The notes beneath the pieces are model-generated. The model made no database searches and was not told where the DNA came from. It saw nothing but the letters and a program-made list of their open reading frames with translations. The translations under genes were made by a program, and so were the position numbers. Shown piece by piece: positions 52,046 to 64,000 of a stretch of 64,000 bases of DNA. Origin of the DNA: Marsupella aquatica (taxonomy: Eukaryota; Plantae; Marchantiophyta); assembly GCA_973895155.1 (NCBI GenBank), contig OZ316897.1:894515-958514 (forward strand). Direction: 5' to 3'. The first letter of the stretch is position 1; each line of letters starts with the position of its first letter.

Positions 52046-52982
52046 CCTTTATCTGCACATGAGTCTTTTTGTATGCACATCCATCTTCTATGCACATATG
52101 TTGTGGTGGGGGCCATAGTGCCCATATTTTTTGAATGTAAATAATTAGAAATTATCACAAAAAACTTGCATGGACCAGTTGACATACATCATAGTCATGT
52201 CATGAGTTTTTCTCATGTACATGATGACCATAGAGTTATGGTCTAGAAGCTTCATTCTAGACCTAGGCTCTTAACAGTAGACTTCAGTTTTTTATAGTAA
52301 GATTCTACACTTGCTCATTCTTGCCCATATAGTGCATGTCTCCCATCCTTATCTATGGTACCATATATATCACAGTGCCCAAGGGCAAAAAATTAGGAAC
52401 GGGGAGACATGATCCCAAAGGCAAAACAACTGAATGAAGGGAGGAAAAGAGGGGAAACTAAAGGCCCTAACAAAAACAAGCCAAGGGTCCCCAACCAAAG
52501 GCCGACAAAGGAACAAGGATATGGTACCCCTTATCTTTCCCTTTATAAATCTGATGCGAGATCTGACAACCAAAATTATACATAGTGTATATGGAATGGC
52601 TACAAATCCATCTTGCCTTTTTCGCTTTTTATAAACTTACAGAAGGTTTGGATTTGGTGGGTTAGCATATTATAGTGGTTTAAATATTAACATTAATTGT
52701 TTAATAGTGCTAAAATTATGTATTTTCATTTAAATTTTTAAGCACTTCTGTAGTTTTTTATTATATTTAAATTTCATAGCTAAAATTCAATTATAACTTA
52801 GTAATAGTTGAGTCTCAAATTTCAATCACAAAGATGTGATTTTGCACCTTCAATGTTCCTTTATGTGCAATTGAACACCGACTTGCATTGTCTCATTCGG
52901 TGGAGGGGGACATGGAGGTAATGTGAGGAGAAGCTTCCCGCCGTAGATTGCAAGTCTCGTTTGTACAGTTGTTATAAAATAG

Positions 52983-55900
52983 TGATGCTTTTACTGTACC
53001 CCAGATCAGAGACTAGAGAGGCTGAGAGTTCCAGAGAGTGCTCTGGTGGCAGATTGTTTATAACGAGGACCTCTCTGGTTCTGAGGTAGAGATTGCATTT
53101 CTGCCTTCGTTTTCCTTTCGTCTGCACCTTTGACACCCTGAGCTCGTGACTCTGGGATTTAGGATTTTGGGTTGTCCAAGATTGTCGGCTTTCCTACTTT
53201 GGGTTCGCTCCTAGACCTCCGCGTTGATGTTTTGTTCTGTCGCTTGGGCAGAGGCAGAATTTGCATTTCTGCCTCCTTTTGTTGCTTGGGCGGTGACAGG
53301 GCACCTGTTTGACAACTGTTTTGATGAGATCCTGATTATTGGATTTGGGTTGTTTGTGAGTTGTCTTCACTTGTTGGTTTGATCGCCTTTTCTCCAATGT
53401 TGAAAGTGGAAAACCGCAACTCATAAAGTGTTCCCCACGTGACGGCCATTGTTCTTGCAGTTTTATTTGCAATGCTGTTCTTGTGCCAATTCATGTCTCG
53501 GAATAGCGATTTGGTGTTGTCGTAACCTCTGTGTCTGCCGTCGGCTTGTGGAGACAGCTCACATGTTTCATCTTGAACGTGGCATCCGCCTCTAGATTCG
53601 AAACCTTGATTGTTTCACGGTAGTTTGTGCTCTTCTTTTTTGGGAATCCCTGAAAATTTCCCAGTGGAGTCGTGATTCGTGAAATGTTTGCTGCCGTTCT
53701 CTTTCCCTTACACAGGGCGAACAACAGCTGACAAGCTTCTCCGGCCTTGATTTGCAGGCAGTGAACGTGCTCTCATCCGATCATCAGTGCTGTGACCTAG
53801 AGGAGAACGATGGTCCTCGTGGTTTCCTCAGAGTTTAGCCTTGTGGCTGTGGTTGTGGTGGCAGCCTTCTTGGCCAACACGTTCATGTCGATTGGCGTCC
53901 TGAGTGCCCGCAAGAAGTAAGTACTTGCGCTGGATCGTTTCCCTCCCTTCGCCAATGTAGGCCTCAAGTAGACCAAGTCGGATCTTGCGATATCTTCTGT
54001 CTGATCTAACCTGGCACATATACTTTCCCTCTCTCACTGTCTGCTGGACGAATCGGTTGGAATCATGCTTCTGGCTTGGGTTTTGAGGGAACATAAGTTG
54101 GGGCAGCAGAGCCTTTGTTGTGTTTTGCTTGCTAAAGGAGAGGTGGAGCTATGGGAGCGTGGCACAAACAAAGCTGCAGGAGTACTTGAGTTTCAGGAGT
54201 ATGTACATCTGTGCAGGAGTACGCCAGGTTGATTGCAGGGCTCCTCTGTGTACCATAATTGACTGAGTTAGGGAATCCTCTTGACCACGATTGTGGCCAA
54301 ACTCGTCATAAGCAGGGGTGACAGGGAAAAGGAGGCCCAGCAAGTGATTTTTCAAAGTGGGGGCCTCGTCAGAGGTTTCTTTCCCTGGAGGGGCCCATCA
54401 AGTCGTTCGTTTAGAAAAACATACATTGTTTATTCTTGTTTCCGACCGGTCTTGCTTTGGTTGCCTTCCCTTGATTGGGTCTTTTGCATTTGGGATCATG
54501 TCTCCCGATTGGGCCCCTCTTGTTCTTTCGCAGTTTGATATATATAATTTTGCGTTACCGGTATTGATCGTTGCAGTGTTTCTGCAGGTATGGCGTGCAT
54601 TATCCAAATATGTATGCGCTGGAAAGTGAGAACAAGGAGGCTAAGATGTTCAACTGTGTCCAGGTGAATTGTTGGGCTATTCTTCTAGCGACGTTTCCTT
54701 TCCTAGATGCGAAAGAAGAAAAGTGTATAGTGCAGCTTTAGATAGGAAGTTGTTGTCCGGTTCTTCTGGTTTAATCACTAATATGTGACAGAAACTTCCC
54801 GGAACAGAGGGGACATCAGAACTTCTTGGAGATCGTCCCGTTCTTTTTTGCGTCGCTCCTACTGGCCGGACTCCAGGTATATTTCAACTCGACACTTCTT
54901 ATTCGGTACCACAAATGGGAGCAACGAGTAACGATGTGTATTATTTGGTGTCTGTTTTTGGGGGGCACGAGGCTAAAGAGGTTTTTTCTTGTTACATGTA
55001 CAGAAAGCTGGTAGCTAATGTAGAAGGAGTGTTTGAAATTAAAATTTTGAATTCCATGTTTTCATTCTATTTGAAAGTACCTGAATTCTTGGTGAACGTG
55101 CCCATTCCCGTGTTGAACTATACAGCACCCCAGGATTGCGACAGCAGCGGGACTCTTGTTCCTAGCGGCCCGTATAACGTACTTCAACGATTACTCCACT
55201 GGTGATCCCAGGAAAAGAATGAGGGGCGCGTAAGTCACTTCTGCTACTATCATGATGATTTGCTTATTCTGCTCAAATCACTTTTCCTATTCCCGAAACG
55301 TTCTGACATGATCTACCTTGTCGCTGCTTTGGTCGTCTACAGGAGAATCGGATACTTGGGCATTATGGTGTTGATGGGGTGCTGCATCTCATTCACTGTC
55401 CATCAGCTATTTCTGTGATGATAGCGTAAAGATCTTTTTGGTGTTGCTAGGCCCAGAATTATAAGCATGACGGAACTGTTTGACTCCGAACTTTGCCTTA
55501 CTTTACAAGGTTCAGAGGAATAGATTTTTAATAAGAGTACGCACAACGGCTTGTTATGCCTTGGTGCCCGTTTTATCAGTGATGTACGTAGAAGTGGAAT
55601 GCTTTTCTTAGCTGCACTTCCTCGTACCCTAGTCGTAGAAAGGACGTGTTTATGGCGGAAGGGATCATCCCAAAATTGAAGTATCTTCACACAGACAGGA
55701 TCAATGCAGCAGCAGTCATGGTTCGGGCGTGAGTGAGTACAACATTAACTCTAGGATTCTGTAATTCGTTTCATAAACGAACAGTGCAATTCTGACTCTC
55801 AATTCTGAGATGTCCTTGGAATTGTCAACATGGCGCTCTGTTTGGATTTACGTAACAACAATCTTCCTGAACTTTGTACTAAATACTATTCTATACTTAA

Positions 55901-57400
55901 TTACGGGACGATGCATTGTAATGTCAGGGGCCATGAACTTTGTATTAAATACTATTCTGTACTTAATTACGGGACGATGCATTGTAATTGCAGGGGCTGT
56001 GGTCATTTCATACTTGATGTTCTAGTAGAAAGATCCAAACATTTCGCCGGATTTGTGGAGCCGGGTTGTTTACATGAAGTACCATGATTTAGATGGGGAA
56101 TTCGCGCCTGACGGAGAAAGACGCAGTAAAAAATGAAGGCTTTCTGGCATCTTGCAGAGTTTCTCTGACATAATTCGAAAGGGACACCAGGGACTTCAAC
56201 TAGCTTTCAGAGTCCCTAAGCCTGGAATCTTTAACTCCAGAATCAGTGCGTTTCAGTGGAACTGAACTTTGGTTCCGATCCACTGACTTCCATATTTCTC
56301 AATGATACTCGACTCCCAACCATTCCAAAAGCTATCGATAAAATATGACGAAGGTTCGGAATGTGAAACTCTATAACATAAATTCATTTTCGTTGGACTA
56401 CTCGGAATTTCAATACCATCATTCTCCGTAGTGCAGAGCGTTGAGCATAGACTCCTGGTCAAACCAAAGAAATCTACTACCAGTTCAGAGCTTCTGGGTA
56501 CCTGAAAATTGAAACCCTTTTCCTAACAGTCAACTTGCAGAGACACTGATGGAAGGGGTACTAGAACTCCATCTGACAAAGTAACAAAATACTACCACTG
56601 TCTACAGATGCTACTAACCTTCACAAAACACAACAATGTCACTCAAATCTCGAATCTTAAATAATTGCTCAAATCTACTTAACTCAAATCGCATTTACCT
56701 GTCGAAGATAACCTCCCGTGGAACTCATCCCATTGTTAGATTACATGTCATTTATGGGTCAGCCAATCAGCCATTGGAGCTCCTCCTTGTCACATGACTT
56801 GTTTTTGTGCCCTTGGAAGGGGTGATTCTTTGACCAACAACATGGGGAGATGCAACAGGGACAGGCTGGTCACCCACATCTTGACTTGTAGAAGAAACAG
56901 GAGTTTCAGGCCTCACATTCACCGCAGGAGAAGATGGTCTCGCAGAACCTGCTGCCACGTTACTCGCCTTGTATAGTGAGGATCTTGTGCCTACAAAACT
57001 GGTATCTCTACGTCTAGTAAGTGGGCCAAAATGAGTTGTGGAGAACGGGGGAGGTACTAAACTGGGATGAGTGGAGTTCTGTACATGAGCAGGCCACGAA
57101 TTAACAGTAGACAACCTCTGAGTTTTTGAGACGGAAGCACGAGAAGGTGGGTCTCCTGAACCCTGAGGACGAGATGAAGTCGAAGAAAAACCACTAGCTC
57201 GTAACCCATTACTCGTGCTTGTTCTCCCTGAACCTGAACTCTTAGAAGGATGGCGAGAAGCAAATTCTACCGCAGTTGATGGAAAACTTCCTCCTGCACC
57301 TGTTGTTTTTCTCGGATTTCCATCAAGCTTCAGACGCAGCATCATCTCATCCAACTTCTTTTTCTCATCCTTCAAAAACCAGGAATAGTTGAACTAACAA
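52983..57400. repeat. Right (ancestral) arm of the inverted duplication
   Basis: Reverse-complement match to 39608-43490; contiguous with the rest of the PPP4R4-like gene. Confidence 0.95.
53810..55418 (+). CDS. MGST3: MAPEG-family microsomal glutathione S-transferase 3-like, copy B; exons 53810-53916, 54588-54663, 54808-54876, 55126-55229, 55343-55418 (143 aa)
   Basis: MVLVVSSEFSLV...ARKKYGVHYPNMYALESENKEAKMFNCVQRGHQNFLEIVPFF...YFNDYSTGDPRKR...HQLFL*; GT-AG introns, 432 nt CDS. Confidence 0.92.
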
Positions 57401-60400
57401 AAGCAGTTCTTTTTAATATTATACTATGTAAAGCGTTACACCTCCTTTGGTACTATTTTAGGTGGATATGGATGGACTGTAGCCGAAACGATCGATGGGA
57501 TTATCAAAACTAAGCCATAGTAAAGGTGCTACTGTGAGGAATACCTGTTCTTCTTTGGAGAGCATGTTCCACTCTTCGTCTTCACGAACTCTGTCAATCC
57601 TGTCGAATTCCTCCTGCTTAGTGCATAAACATTACAGGCATTAGGCGCACGAGTTTGCACTAAGGTCTTAAATCACAGACCCTGGTTTTCACCGACATGG
57701 TTTCTTATGAAAATATCTGAACTTAAATTCTAGCTAGCAATGTTATACCAATGCATATACTATCACCTATACGCCCTAATTAAGAGCTGATGGTTCTTGT
57801 CTCCTGGGAGGAAACAAAAGTCACCTGGGAGATTGATTGCTCATTCGTAACCTCACGATCATTTATTGCATTCCGAAGATTACTTTTGAGACCATCAGTG
57901 AGGGAGAGCGCAGCTGCAGCAACCGCTTTGACACTGTCATTCAACCGCTGAGTAGTAAGATGGTTGATCTTCTCCAGGACTGCCACATCGTCTGGTAACT
58001 TTATGGCGTACTTTAGGTGTGGTAACATGGAGCATGCTCGCATTCGAACACTTGGCACTGGATCCTGTTCACTTGGTTAATTGAAAGGAGACTCTGATTG
58101 GTGGTATTGAGTCTCCAAACAGTGCTTTCTTTTTCTTAGTAGAAAGTGCAAAACCTCAGCTAGTCTCCTCATCAGCCGACAGAAACAGGAGTATCAAGCT
58201 ACCATAATTCTTATCCTGGAACAGGCAGGTATTTGCATCATGGGTAACTGTTACACGAGAACGGTGGCACATAGGGTATACTGGGGTTTTTATACACAGA
58301 ATTGTTTCTAGAATCTGTGTTTTGCAGGGGAAGCGCTCGATTAGAATCTGCGACGAGTTAAAATTGGAAATAAGCACCAACCTGGAGAGTGAGAATGGCT
58401 GCATCAAGGAAGTTGTCTTTGAACATGCGAGAGCTTGCCACTCTGCATGCCAGAGATCAAACGTTTCATCCAGTGACCAAACGCCAGTAATGTCCGTAGT
58501 TACAATGATGAATGTTGACCAATCTCAAATACTTGAAAATGCGATACACTACCAATTTCCATGAACTGTCTACAAAATCAAGTATCGTATGAACTTCAGC
58601 AACCAATCAGTCCATTCAGTCCAATCAGTTCCAGACTGAATAAGTTTCCAACCCGTATATAATCTAGCGAGTTTTGCTTACTTTAGCATGTTCTCACAGA
58701 AGTCAATGAAGACGAGTCTTGACCAATAGCTGCGTCCTTGAGCATATTCTTTGGATACCCTTAGAGCAAGCTCGTAGCGCTGAGATGCTCTGCGGTTGTT
58801 GCTATAATAATAGGAAAAAGTCTAGAACCTGGTCAGTACATATTGGCCTCATATCACAACCACAAGCAACGAGGTCAATGATAAACAGGAGTAGGAAACC
58901 TCTGTTGAAAGACATCACGAAAAAAACATCACTTGACTAAATAGTACTGGCCCGACTAGTTCAACAGGGAGGCAACCTCACCGAATAAAAACAGCCAAGG
59001 CCATTGTAGCAGCAGACTTCACTGGCATGACCCCTTCTGCCATGTATCGAAAGCAGATGGGCACCAGGCTCTCGTAAATTTGGTCACTGCTGAGATATTC
59101 CTGTCAGCGTAGTCTAAAATATTTCAGTAACGCAATAGAATCTCTCTGTTACAATTCAATTATTTATGTTCATGCCCTGATGGTTCCCGTCTTCATCATT
59201 TTAAAGATAGACACCAGCGCAGTTGATTTGGGATCAAATGGATTGACTATACCGTATTGAAAAGTGTCTGCACCTGATGTCAGGCTAATCAATTATTGAA
59301 ACAATGTGACTTCAACTGAATTGAATTGGTTTGCAGGTCCACAGATCCCGAACTGGCGCAAGGGTGAAAACTGGTATGCTACTGTGTTGGGAAGGCTAGA
59401 GAAGAGTACAAACTGGCATCTCTGTAAAAGCCTGTAGGAGCTGTAGCTGTTGCCGCCATTGTCTACCAGCTCTGGCTGCTTCTTCTGCTAATAGCAAAGA
59501 AGGCAAAAATGCTGCAAACAGTGCACCCTTTTGTTGCGGATTCCCTGCTGCAAAGTATCCTGCAATTGTTACACGAGGACACAATCATGAGAAGAAATGC
59601 TTCCTGGTAGGTATGGTTATCATAATGTTCAAAAACCAAAGGTATCGACACTAGAATATGTCTCAAAAGATTGAAGTACTGTGTGTCTTTTTTTTGGCCA
59701 TGGACATATCCTAGGAGCCATCTAAACCTATCTGTTGAAACTCTATAAATATCCTGTCAGTCGATATAGCTGTGATTGAGATCCGCATCACACCCAGAGG
59801 TAACATCATGTTCGCAGCCTATTGGACACTCCCATGTTACTGTCGATTGGAACAATCTCAGCTACAAAGCTTCTAATTTTCACGTTGGGTCGTATCCCTA
59901 GTAAGCAATGCTGCTGCAGGTCAAAACATTTTCCAGGAGAATTTGTTTTTCTTCTAAATTACTAAATGCCTATCTTCCTGTGGATCCGGGACATGTCATG
60001 CTAGTCACGAACCTAAAACACATGGAAGCACTTTTAAAATAGACCTCTGGACATCGATTGAGTCATCCTCTAGCAACAACAACAGGGGCTCTTTCAAGAA
60101 GGAAGCTGTCCTCTTCCTCCCCAGCATCTTTGCGATCTGTTCTCCAGTAACAGCAAACGCAATGAGCACAAGGAATAGTCCACATGCGCATTACACAATT
60201 CTTTTCCCAAAGAAATTTACCATTTTAAGGGCAGAAGACAGTAGAGTACTTCTGGATTGGCTATAGGTTCTGCATACAAAATCCCTCCAGGATAAACACA
60301 GGTATTTGAAAATGAAGGATTGTGGAAATTTGGGATATACAACAGTGACATCTCTCTAGTTCAAACTTGAATTTTTGGTGGTTTGAAATGTACTTTGCAA

Positions 60401-63400
60401 AAAGAGTGGACTGGCGAAAGCCTAGGTACTAAATCCTGCATTATTTATTATCACACTTGAGTTAGATTGCCAGTTAAACAAGAATTTTTCTGACCTCATG
60501 GAAAGAAGCAGCAATAGTTGAGCGGACAGAAGAGGAGGTATCCTGAACGATTTGCATGTAGAGAAGATGCAGGCTTTCGGGATACCTTCGAGCTCCCACG
60601 CATTTCAGCACAGCTGGAAAGTTGGCAGCGCAATGCTGATGTTGGAGCAAACCAAATCATTTCAGCCAGTACAAGCAAGATTTAGGGAGGACATTTATTA
60701 GGGTCCTTCAGCTGTGCTAGCAATTACGGCAGTCTCCTCAACCAACTTTCAATTCCGTTGACTGTACCAGTTGATCCTTATGATCATGCCGAATTACGTG
60801 AAATGTGTTTCCCTTAAGAGTTCAAGTGTAGGAGTTAAGAGGTTCTCATACTTGACGAACTTCCTCGCTTGGATGAAGAGCGTATACTCTGTAAGCATCT
60901 ACCAACGGCTCGAAGTCGTCCTCACTTAGATCAGATACCATCTGCTCAAGAATCACACGATTCATCACAAAACTGGTTTGACGCTTGATGTCAAAGTAAG
61001 GGAAGGTACATATTTGACACAACGGAGGTGCAGCCAGAGACTCAATATTATCTTACTAAGGCGGACAATTCGCAAACCATTGTGCAAGTATGCATCAAAG
61101 AATTGAAGACATAGTTGTTGCGCTTGGAATTCCAAAGCATTCCATCTTGCATAGGCCAGACTAAGAATGGGAAGAGCAGTTTGGAAGGGTGATTATCAAG
61201 TCTTACGTGACAGCAAGCCATACGATCTAACCAATCTATCATATCACAGCTGGAGAGGATAAGAACCATGTCTTTTACCTTGCACATCAGTTCACCAAAA
61301 TGACGTGGTACAGAAATCAGGAGATGTGCCTCGTTGGGGGCAACGAACCTATGATGCAGGTAAGGAGATTCTATTAAGAAAAGTACGCTATCCTAGAGGA
61401 CTCAACTTTGAAAATAAGCAGGCACATTTTTTAAAGGTAGGTCACTTGGGTGTCTAACGACCTGGCCTATCAATCCTGATCTAGCCATGAACAACTTATT
61501 TTGAGGGAGATGATGATATACAGAAAACATTTAAGCGTCCTGTTGAATTTGTACTCTAACATCATTCTAACATCCTCGTTAATTAGAATTAAATGAGGAG
61601 AGGAAGTTGAGGAGCGCACGGACGGAGAAATGGCATGATCTTCATTGTCCGAACTTCAACAGGTAAGAAATCAAGGAGCTGGACTAAGCTCTCAAAAGCT
61701 GCATTCTGGACGTGCATTTCTTCGTCCCTTAGCAATTCAAAGAGCTCTGGCAAAACCTTTTCCTATTATGATCGAAAAGGGGCTTTAGTTTAACTTCAGA
61801 TACGACAGAGATATTTTGTAAGAGTTTCTAGAGGGAACGGAGACACTAAAGACTAAATATTGTCCATTGTTATCTTTGAGTAACTATCCGCTACATAAAA
61901 CTAAAGCGAGTTAAGTATGAGTGAATGTACCGTTGTTGTTTCAACCCCAACTGCACGAGATATTGCATTCAGCTGTTCACACATACATACTCGGACCTCT
62001 AAATCTGTGTCCTGCAATTTCCAACAATGTGCACGTAAGACTACATAACGACTGAGGTTACCAGCTCACGTATGTAGGCCCAGATTTATAATTTTACTCA
62101 TGTCAAGATCAGTATTCGTACTTCAAGCCAGCTCAAGAAAAATTCTCGAAAATGCAAAATCTGTAACAAGCCCTACTGCATCCTGTGACGAAATCAAATA
62201 CTCTACACAAAACAAACTCAACCCAGTGACGAAAAGGTTCCAGTCTTGTCTAGTCGTGATTCACTGTTCCATATTATTGACGAACGCTAGTTTTGAAAGT
62301 TCCAATGATAAGTACGACAAGTGATATTTTATGACCTCAGAAGTCGATCTGATATGTGTCACCTTCCGATGTTATGGAATGTCTCTGCTTGAATGCTAAA
62401 TTTCCACTTATCCTAACACAAATTTTCTCACAAGATTTCAAGTAAGGAGAGAATACGGTCACACATTTCTGGACTGGTAATCAAATTGTGTTAACGTAGG
62501 ATTGGACCAGCGATCCCCAACCTGACATAATGCCATTGCCCGGCTTAAAAAATTCTTCTCGACCTCATCTGATTCGATAATTGGTGCAATGGCACCAAGG
62601 ATCGCACAACAGACAGTGCGTGACTGCACAGTCTCCTGTGATTCTCCTTTTGCAATAGCAAGGCGCATGAGGTCATCACAAATCATCTGACCAACAAATA
62701 AATTAAATAAGAAACCTCCAATCTAGTATTTCATCATGTCTGTGAGCTGCACCATGCAAGTACCGATGCTCCAATTTCCAAGCTTTGGTAGTTATGAATG
62801 AAGTCCGGTAAAGAGTTGAAAAAGTCTAAACATAAAGATACTTGGTTCTCAAATAATACCTTCTCTGGAAGCATTGGTATAATTGCACAGAGGACCTTTA
62901 GCCAAACTCCTAAAACGTCATGATTTTTGTTGGAGTTAAGCATAGACAATGCTGTGGGAAGCAGCCACAATCCCACCTGTTCATTCAAAACGGTAGAAAG
63001 CCCCAATGAATACATCTGCTTGGACTAACCTCCCACCTTTGACCCTTTTCAGGAAGTCCCAAGAGCAACAGGAATTTCCACCTGTTCACGGAATCGAAGA
63101 AAAAGAGCTTTTCTTTCAGGTGCACCAGCTTTTATCTTCTAAACTACTACGGATGTTGAAAGGGGTTTCCAAGGCACCAACTTGACAAAATTGAAACACT
63201 TAGTAAAAGTAATTTAATATTTCAGCGAATGAGTACAATGAATTGACAGCAAATCCCAAGTCTTCCAGAAATTATAAGTAAATGAATGAATTCCAATAGC
63301 CAGCCAGAGTAGTACCCTGGAGTAGCAGTTTGTTGACTTAGAATTGGTTTCAAGACTTCAAAGGAGAATTCACCCAACCTGACACTCACATCTTTTGGCA

Positions 63401-63446
63401 AAGCTGGATCTTGCACAATGGAGACGAAAGCTTCTCCAGCTGCCAC
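56767..63446 (-). CDS. PPP4R4: Multi-exon HEAT-repeat protein, serine/threonine phosphatase 4 regulatory subunit 4-like (5' end not located)
   Basis: Exons e.g. 63446-63390, 62976-62860, 62686-62522 and 62011-61931 give VAAGEAF...QETVQSRTVCCAILG...RAMALCQDTDLEVRVCMCEQL...KVLPELFELLRDEEMHVQNAAFESLVQLLDF. The C-terminus is a charged coil (DRVREDEE) followed by a Ser-rich tail. Middle exons were not individually mapped. Confidence 0.8.
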
Positions 63447-64000
63447 CTTTAGGTCGAGAGCGACCACAAAGAGGTGTCAGAAAGACAACCCTACAGAATT
63501 TCTTCTGCTGTTTTATTGCACCAAGGAAACACAAACTACCTAGGAGTTTCTAAATTTACTCGGAAGATGGATGCCAATCGATAAATAAGAGCATGAGGCT
63601 TTGTCAGAAGAGACGTCACCCCACAAACTATCATTCATAGTAAACGCAAATGCCAGAGAAAAACGACATAATTCCGTTGGATGTAGACTGGACAACAGCT
63701 TGGCGTTTTGAACCTGTATATTTTAAATCCTGCCTTTGTAATGATGATCCCGACGTCACAAAGACTCGATGACCGCAAAGGATTTCGGTCTTCACAGGGT
63801 TAGTTAGATCGTGCTTACTTGACTTGCAACGGTAAAATTTTCCAAAGAAGTCGCAAGAGCTGGAAACAATGACTGGTAAGCCACTGCCTTGTACTCTTGA
63901 AAAATAACCGGGAGCTTTTCAATTGCACAACTTATCTGCAACTGCAAGATCATCACAAAGATAAAATCATGGCAACCTATCCTTGAGGAAGGATACTCAC

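Noticed and set aside
54130-54530. Conserved block in MGST3 intron 1 (also ~41940-42340) as a structured ncRNA
   Set aside because: The conservation is explained by the duplication. Part of it (GGGAGACATGAYCCCAAA) recurs at ~52402, suggesting an old dispersed repeat such as a LINE tail.
55252-55306. Apparent C/D-box snoRNA in MGST3 intron 4 (ATGATGA...CTGA, also in copy A)
   Set aside because: Only ~54 nt in a 113-nt intron. The CTGAC sits ~37 nt from the acceptor, where the branch point is expected, and the putative guide differs between copies and matches rRNA imperfectly.
39608-57400. Inverted arms as the giant TIRs of one transposon or as a hairpin-RNA locus
   Set aside because: The arms consist of host genes with introns, the right arm is continuous with an intact gene, no TSD was seen, and the MGST3 copies transcribe away from each other.

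Overview
Eukaryotic, intron-containing, repeat-rich DNA, most consistent with a non-seed land plant (bryophyte-like; inferred from gene content, not proven). Bases 1-25.8 kb are a nest of transposons. A Ty1/Copia LTR element (5' LTR 25404-25809, tRNA-iMet PBS) is interrupted in RNase H by a CACTA element (right TIR ends 19597). The CACTA carries TnpD, a SET-domain exon in the first TnpD intron, and a divergent second ORF. That second ORF is interrupted by a Sola-like DDD transposon, which is in turn interrupted by a >6.4 kb TIR element encoding a zinc-finger/AT-hook, P-element-like transposase and a stand-alone EDM2-type PHD-finger ORF. A non-autonomous relative of that last family (16858-18724, 8-bp TSD) also sits in the CACTA. 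The right half holds an orphan ~790-codon single-exon ORF with one in-frame stop, a ~4 kb inverted duplication giving two intact MAPEG/MGST3-like genes, Ty3/Gypsy remnants, and a multi-exon PPP4R4-like HEAT-repeat gene. The most notable signal is DNA transposons carrying their own chromatin writer-like (SET) and reader-like (EDM2 PHD) genes. All family calls come from motif recognition by eye; no searches were run.
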